Shown: piece after piece, positions 58,310-64,000 of the stretch
How positions within the stretch are numbered: position 1 is the first letter of the stretch
How the letters are laid out: every line of letters starts with the position of its first letter
NCBI GenBank assembly: GCA_052426225.1
Contig: JBNJNM010000023.1
Location: 434,001-498,000 of the forward strand
Length of the DNA: 64,000 bases
Direction of reading: 5' to 3'
Source: Zancudomyces culisetae HAW-14-8
Taxonomy: Eukaryota > Fungi > Kickxellomycota
Notes under the pieces: model-generated
Databases searched by the model: none
Seen by the model: only the letters and a program-made list of their open reading frames with translations
What the model was told of the DNA's origin: nothing
Position numbers and translations under genes: made by a program

Positions 58310-59282
58310 AGACTCTATTTTAAAACTGTGGGAACTATGTACCGATTCCAATCACAACAACCACCTTTCAAGTTGCAGTTAAATTTAGTGGTTTGTGCTA
58401 CTTTGGTGAGAAAAATAATGTTATTAAAGTTTTTAACAGTTTTATCCATGACAAGTGGTCTGAAATGGAACTTTAATGTTTTATGCAATATATTTATTAC
58501 CAAAACTTGAACATTTAATAAAATTACTAGCTTTAGAAGTATGAATTATATGACGATGTAATACAGCTTTTTCAGCTAACTGTGTATTCAATGTTTAAAT
58601 AGCACAAACCAAAGAGGATATTAAAAACCCGTCTATCAAGAATCTGTGGTTTAGTCGCAAGAAATTATATTTGTAATTACAATAATGAATGTGAAATGAA
58701 CCATTTATCATTTATGTCTAAAGTTAAATAATAAATAATACAATCAAATGCTAATAAAATAACCGTCTAGATATATTGTGCTGTTCCCGCTTATCAAGGT
58801 TTACTTGCTTTTATATTTGGTGATTGTTCTGCGTTTCTTCATCTTAACTTTTGTAAGGTTTTCTGTATTCTCATCTATGATGGTGCTATCATTGACACTC
58901 GTATTCTGTCTTGAATCATTTGAAAATTGATAGATAATTGAAATGTCCTTATATTACAACGAAATCGCAAAATAAAACATTCAAGATGGAAAATTAACAC
59001 AATATGTGTAAACTATTGTCTGAAAATAATCGCGTTTTCCTTAATAGATGAAATCTCGAACAATATCTAATTATCCAAATTCCGCAGTGGCAGTGTATTT
59101 GCTGCGCAAATACAATGAAAAACTGGAATAAAAAATTTCGACTTAAGGATCAAAAGCCAGGAATTGAGAAATATAAAACCAAAACCTTATACCATCCTTG
59201 TTTTTCAAATCATCGCATTACCTTAATTCATTAACAACTTAATAATCTTAAAAGAAAGTCTAATAATTCAAATCACAATATA

Positions 59283-62200
59283 ATGGATACCAAAAGCAAC
59301 AACAACTGCCTTTTCAACTTGCTTTCAGAAAGTATTCTGTCAACCATATTTGCACTTGCTCAGAATACTCAACTATCTCTCCTGAATAAAAAAATGCACT
59401 GTACCTCGCAACAGGTGAGCACCATTAGCAACTATATTCTTCAGTATACTTTAACAGAAGCAGAAACTCATTCCCAGGGGAGATTGAGGGACATATTCGA
59501 AAATTATACCAGAATTAACATGAATGAAACTATTGGAATACTGGTTCTAAGAAAAATCAAGAACCTGGACTACGAGACCGCTCTGGAGCTGGCTTTTGAT
59601 TTTAGATGGAGAAAAATACTAAATAAATTGCTTAAAATGTATGTAATGATTGATAGGAACACTTCAAAGGTTGTGTACAAAGGTACTTTGTTTATGAACG
59701 AGGGCGAATATCTAGATATCAACAATTGGAATTTGTTTTCTGAGAGAAATGAATCACTAAAGGATCTTTCGGACATCAAGTTATCAGAATCTCTTTATAT
59801 TCGACCACTAACGACTACAGAAAGGGCGTTGGATTTAGCAACAGCAAAATTGGCCCACTCCTTTCAAAATGAGGATGTTGAACCGTTAATAGATTTTTGC
59901 AGTAGTAGAATTGAGATTCCTACAGAGTTAACAGGTTCAGCCTGGGTGGATATTGAATTTATTGATAGCAAGGGTATTATATGTTATATGTTGGGATGTG
60001 TTTATCCAATCTGCGAATTTAACAGCCTTGAATTGCTGAAACGGATTTTAAGTTTAAAGATCAACACAAACATTTCATTTCAGGATTTGAAATCACATGC
60101 ATGGTATTATGATAAGTAAGAATATAAGGTGCCAATTTATTTTATTGAGAAAAATGGATACGAAACTAAAATGGAATTTTTGGTATATTTGACAAGTTTA
60201 AACCATTCAATCAAATGCTATAGAAAAGAAATGGTAAAATTCCTGGAGGAAAACTATCCAGATGTCACATACCAACAAGTATTATTTGATGCAGCAATAC
60301 ACTATGGAAAAGAGGAAATAGTGAAAAAATATTTTTTCAAAGTGGAAACAAACGCTGAAAATATCAGAAAAGTGACAAGGTTGGCGTATTCATATGATAA
60401 TGTCGATCTCATAAGACTTCTTTTAAACAATTGTGATAAAATGAAAGGCAATTTAGACGACTATGCCCTAATAACGGCTATAAAAAAGGACGATCACAAA
60501 TTGGCACAAGAAATTATCAGCAAATATCCAAATATGATGAATCAATATTGTCTAGGGTTCGCAGTGAGTTTCAAAAAGGTCGGAATAGTTAAGTTATTTA
60601 TCGAGTCTGGAATGAATTTAAGATCACCTGAATTCAGAGAAATTGGTTTGCCTATAGAAAGAAAGGATGTAGATATGCTACAGCTGTTTTTGGAAAATGG
60701 TGTTTCTGTTGAACCAACTAATATAAATACTATTAAAAAGCTATGTAGTATAAAAAATTATGAAATAGTTGAATGCCTGATTGGGTTCTTTGATATTAAT
60801 AATGATAATGAGATTAAACCCATTACTTATGGAAGTATGGTAAATGTTGGAACGAGACTGAACTTTAGTAAAACGATGCTATGTCTTATCGAAGTTAGTA
60901 AAAATCATAATGAATATAATAGAGATAATAATATTGAGATTGATGAGTTCCATGAACATACGGATTTATTCGAAGAGGCAATGATAATGGTTAACTCAAA
61001 AAAAAGAGGTAATAGTGGTGTATGTGCATTGAGTTACAGAATTGATTACGACTATACTACAAATGGTCGTTATGTTGATTTTTTTGATAATATTGATTTT
61101 TTTATTGAAGAAAAACTGCAGAACCAATTTGACGAAACTGAATATGATGAAATTAACAAATTCGGATACGAGAACCGTGTTAAGGTGTTGAATGATAGAC
61201 ACTATGAGCTTGTAAAATCAGAACTGGTGAATCAAAACTTTGAAATGTTAAAACTATTGATAGAATATGGAGCAGATGTTAACTCTGGTAATGGTCTGAT
61301 ATTGCGAACAGCATACAAAGCGGGTGAAATTGAATGAATTGAATACTTTATCGGTAAAGGTGCAAAGTTTAATGGAGAATCAGATGGATTTGAAGAAGCC
61401 TGTAAATCGGATAAAGTTGAAGTTTTGGAACACTGGATAATGAAAGATGGTGTGGTACCCAAGAATCCAGAATATCCTTGTATTAACATGGCGTGTTTAT
61501 TGGATAAATTTGATATGGTTAAACTATTGGTAGAAAATGGAGTTGATTTGAGTGATCCAAAACAAAATGGCGTCAGAATTGCGTGTAGATTGGGTTTCAA
61601 GAGGACTCTGAAATATCTTTTGGAAAATAATGCTGTGATAGAAGGTTTTCGTCATCATCAATTAGAGTATGCATGTGTTATTCAGGATATTAGATTGGTA
61701 AAAATGATTCTAGAGTATTATGACGGTTTGGGAGTGTTGGAAAAAAAGGATAAAACAGATTCTAAGGAAGGAGAAGAATTTCAGCATGATTCATTCTTGG
61801 ATAATGTGAATCCTGGTCGTTTTGAAGAATACAAGATTACTAAAATCATACTTGAAAAAGGCAAACCTATCCAGAATAGTGATTTGTTGGATGGAGCAAT
61901 GGCCTCAATTATAGCAAATAGCATTGAAATACTGAAAATACTATTAAGCTACAACATTAACCTTAGCAATGGTTTTAAAATGCTGGAAAATTCGGTAAAG
62001 GCTGGAAACACTGATGTAGTAAAAGTGCTTTTAGAAAACGGACTAAGTGTTAAAGATGATGTTTATGTTGTAAATGCACCAATCAGAACTAATAATCTTG
62101 AATTAATCAAAGTATTATTACTACATGGCGCACAACTTCCTAAAAAGTCATACAGCTATCGTGAAGTTCCTAATTTGGACAGTATTGAAACATTGCAATT

Positions 62201-62669
62201 AATATTGAGTTATAACCCTGAAATTCATGTGGTTGAGAGCTTACTTGAACTTTATCTTTTGAAAAACAATCTAGAGGCGGTTAATTTGATAATGAAGGAT
62301 AGCACCTCATTAAATTATAGCTGCGACAATTATGTTCTTCATGCATGTAGCAACAATAATATGGATATCCTCAAACTGCTGTTTGAAAAGGGAGCAAAAA
62401 TTAAAAAAGGTAGTGATAGTGGGGTGATTCAGGCTTGCAAAAACAATAATCTGGAAATGTTGAAACTCTTGTTTGAAAGAAACCCAAACTTGGTGCTAAA
62501 AAAGAATTATGGGCTTAATGAGGCTATTGGGCATCAAAATGTGGATATAGTCAAGTTATTAATAAAACATGATGCTGATGTAAATGAGCATGTTGAGTCG
62601 ATTGTGGAACTTGCGAAAAACCTTAATGATCGTGATTTGATTAACTACTGCCGGGTTAAAGAGGTGTGA
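59283..62669 (+). pseudogene. Large ankyrin-repeat protein gene (about 1128 codons) with two in-frame stops (TAA 60117-60119, TGA 61335-61337)
   Basis: ORFs 59283, 60129 and 61425 share one frame with open linkers. There are many ankyrin repeats ('FEMLKLLIEYGADVN', 'DMVKLLVENGVD', 'GNTDVVKVLLENG', 'NVDIVKLLIKHDADVN'), and the N-terminus 'LLSESILSTIFALA' is F-box-like. Confidence 0.8.
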
Positions 62670-63789
62670 CTTTAGTGAACAATACAGCAATAATCGTGTA
62701 ACCATAGCTAGTTAGAGTATAAACGAGTTTAACTGGTTGTGCTTAATCTCCTAGATGTATTTTGTTTGGTAGATAATTTAAATGGGTATTTCTTATTTTA
62801 TATGTTACGTCTTTTCTAATTTTATAAATATATTTTAGAATGTTTTAGTACATTGCTAGATATTATTGATTAAAAAATATCGGTTTTGATATAGCTTTAC
62901 TAAAAAAATCCAAAATGACATGGTAAATGGTTTAGAATATTTCACCATCTTAAAATTCTAGGATCAATTTTCCTCAAGGCGTTGACTTTTTGGTTAGTTT
63001 ATTCGCAAATGCTAGATAACAACTACTCGCAAATATAGACCTATATCTACTTTGTTTAAGGATTATTAAAAATTTTTTTATGAATATTGACAATACTCAC
63101 TTGGCTTGCTGGACTGATATTTTCTGAGCTTAAATATAATATAATGGAATCTTAAAACAAAAATTGATGCAGAAAAAGAATTATAGTTACTCTTATAGTT
63201 AATATATCAAGTTTTCATATATTTGAATTTAAATAAGATTTACTAGTAATTTTGGGTATTTACTATTTTAAATAGGTATTTTTTTTTAATGAAGATTGAT
63301 ATTAGTTGGATTTCCTAAAAGATAAACCAGTAAATAACCCATATCATTTATTAATCAACACCATTACTATTTGACACATATATCATTTTCTAGAATGTGT
63401 GATTGTTTATAATAACGTGTTGAGTATAGATCATTTTAATCTAGTAACTTTGTGCTGACTAATCTGATATAGTTGATTTTTTTGTTAAGCTCAATAAAAG
63501 ATGAAAGATAGCATCAATTTAAACAGTTTGAGGAAAGCCAATTATTAATCAATTTTATCTTTTGTCATTATTGTAAATACCACACAATTTCAAAGCGAAT
63601 CAGATAATGATTACCTCGATAAATAAATTAAACCAACCAACTAGAACTATAAAATTTTGAAAACTCAAATTATATTTTTTGACACCATTTCGATTCCAAT
63701 TATTTAGCCTTTAGAATATTACCAACATAAAAATATTTCTAAATCAGATCTTACATTCGAGAATTCAAGGGTAAAAACAAATTGGAAAA

Positions 63790-64000
63790 ATGAGAGAAAA
63801 GGAACAGGTTGAGAAAATCATAATAGGAATCAAGAGGGAAGAAAATAGCGACGAGGTTTTGGATCAAGTCGTGCAGGATCTGGTTGCGCGGCGAACACAG
63901 CTTTATGGATATGTTGAGAATCTGGGCGATTATTTGGTCAGCGAAGAGGCCAGCCAGCGGGTGATTGGAATGCGAGTGCTCTCAAGGATATTGACACATC
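63790..64000 (+). CDS. MMS19: MMS19/Met18 (cytosolic Fe-S assembly targeting factor), 5' end only; runs off the window
   Basis: MREKEQVEKII...LYGYVENLGDYLVSEEASQRVIGMRVLSRILTH resembles the MMS19 N-terminal pattern 'L..LV..LG.YL..ED...R......LS.VL'. The frame is open to the window end. Confidence 0.65.
   Translation, partial: MREKEQVEKIIIGIKREENSDEVLDQVVQDLVARRTQLYGYVENLGDYLVSEEASQRVIGMRVLSRILTH

Noticed and set aside
5821-61337. Stop-codon reassignment as an explanation for in-frame TAA/TGA codons
   Set aside because: Conserved genes end at the expected positions with TAA (septin), TGA (RPB2) and TAG (EFL1, L2HGDH), so the standard code applies.
1-64000. CRISPR arrays, rRNA, spliceosomal snRNAs, prokaryotic operons or defence systems
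   Set aside because: None seen by eye; the window is intron-containing eukaryotic DNA. An Rfam scan would be needed to exclude divergent ncRNAs.

Overview
AT-rich eukaryotic (fungal) genomic DNA with short spliceosomal introns. The gene content and style suggest an early-diverging fungus, possibly Kickxellomycotina/Harpellales; this is inference only, with no database check. The core region (about 10.4-57.4 kb) carries tRNA-Val(UAC), a Lys-rich orphan, RPB2, an importin-13/transportin-3-like karyopherin, a basic orphan, a PTC2/3-type PP2C, a divergent COX6B-like protein, a ROM1/2-type RhoGEF, a small secreted protein, a CDC3-type septin, EFL1/RIA1, NSRP1-like, a secreted tyrosinase and L-2-hydroxyglutarate dehydrogenase. 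The start of MMS19/MET18 lies at the right edge. The flanks look accessory or decaying: a fungal transcription factor with no Zn2Cys6 cluster, an MCM9-like gene with a GC-AG intron truncated after Walker A, a disrupted secreted-protein gene, a possible PPT-LTR-PBS retroelement relic, and an ankyrin gene with two in-frame stops. The most striking unexplained structure is a saw-tooth purine/pyrimidine (G/C) strand asymmetry. It flips G-to-C in the middle of genes and C-to-G at intergenic 'C-tract then G-tract' modules. It is strong enough to change codon choice, amino-acid content and intron 3' ends, and may record fixed, closely spaced replication origins. All skew statements are by eye, not computed.
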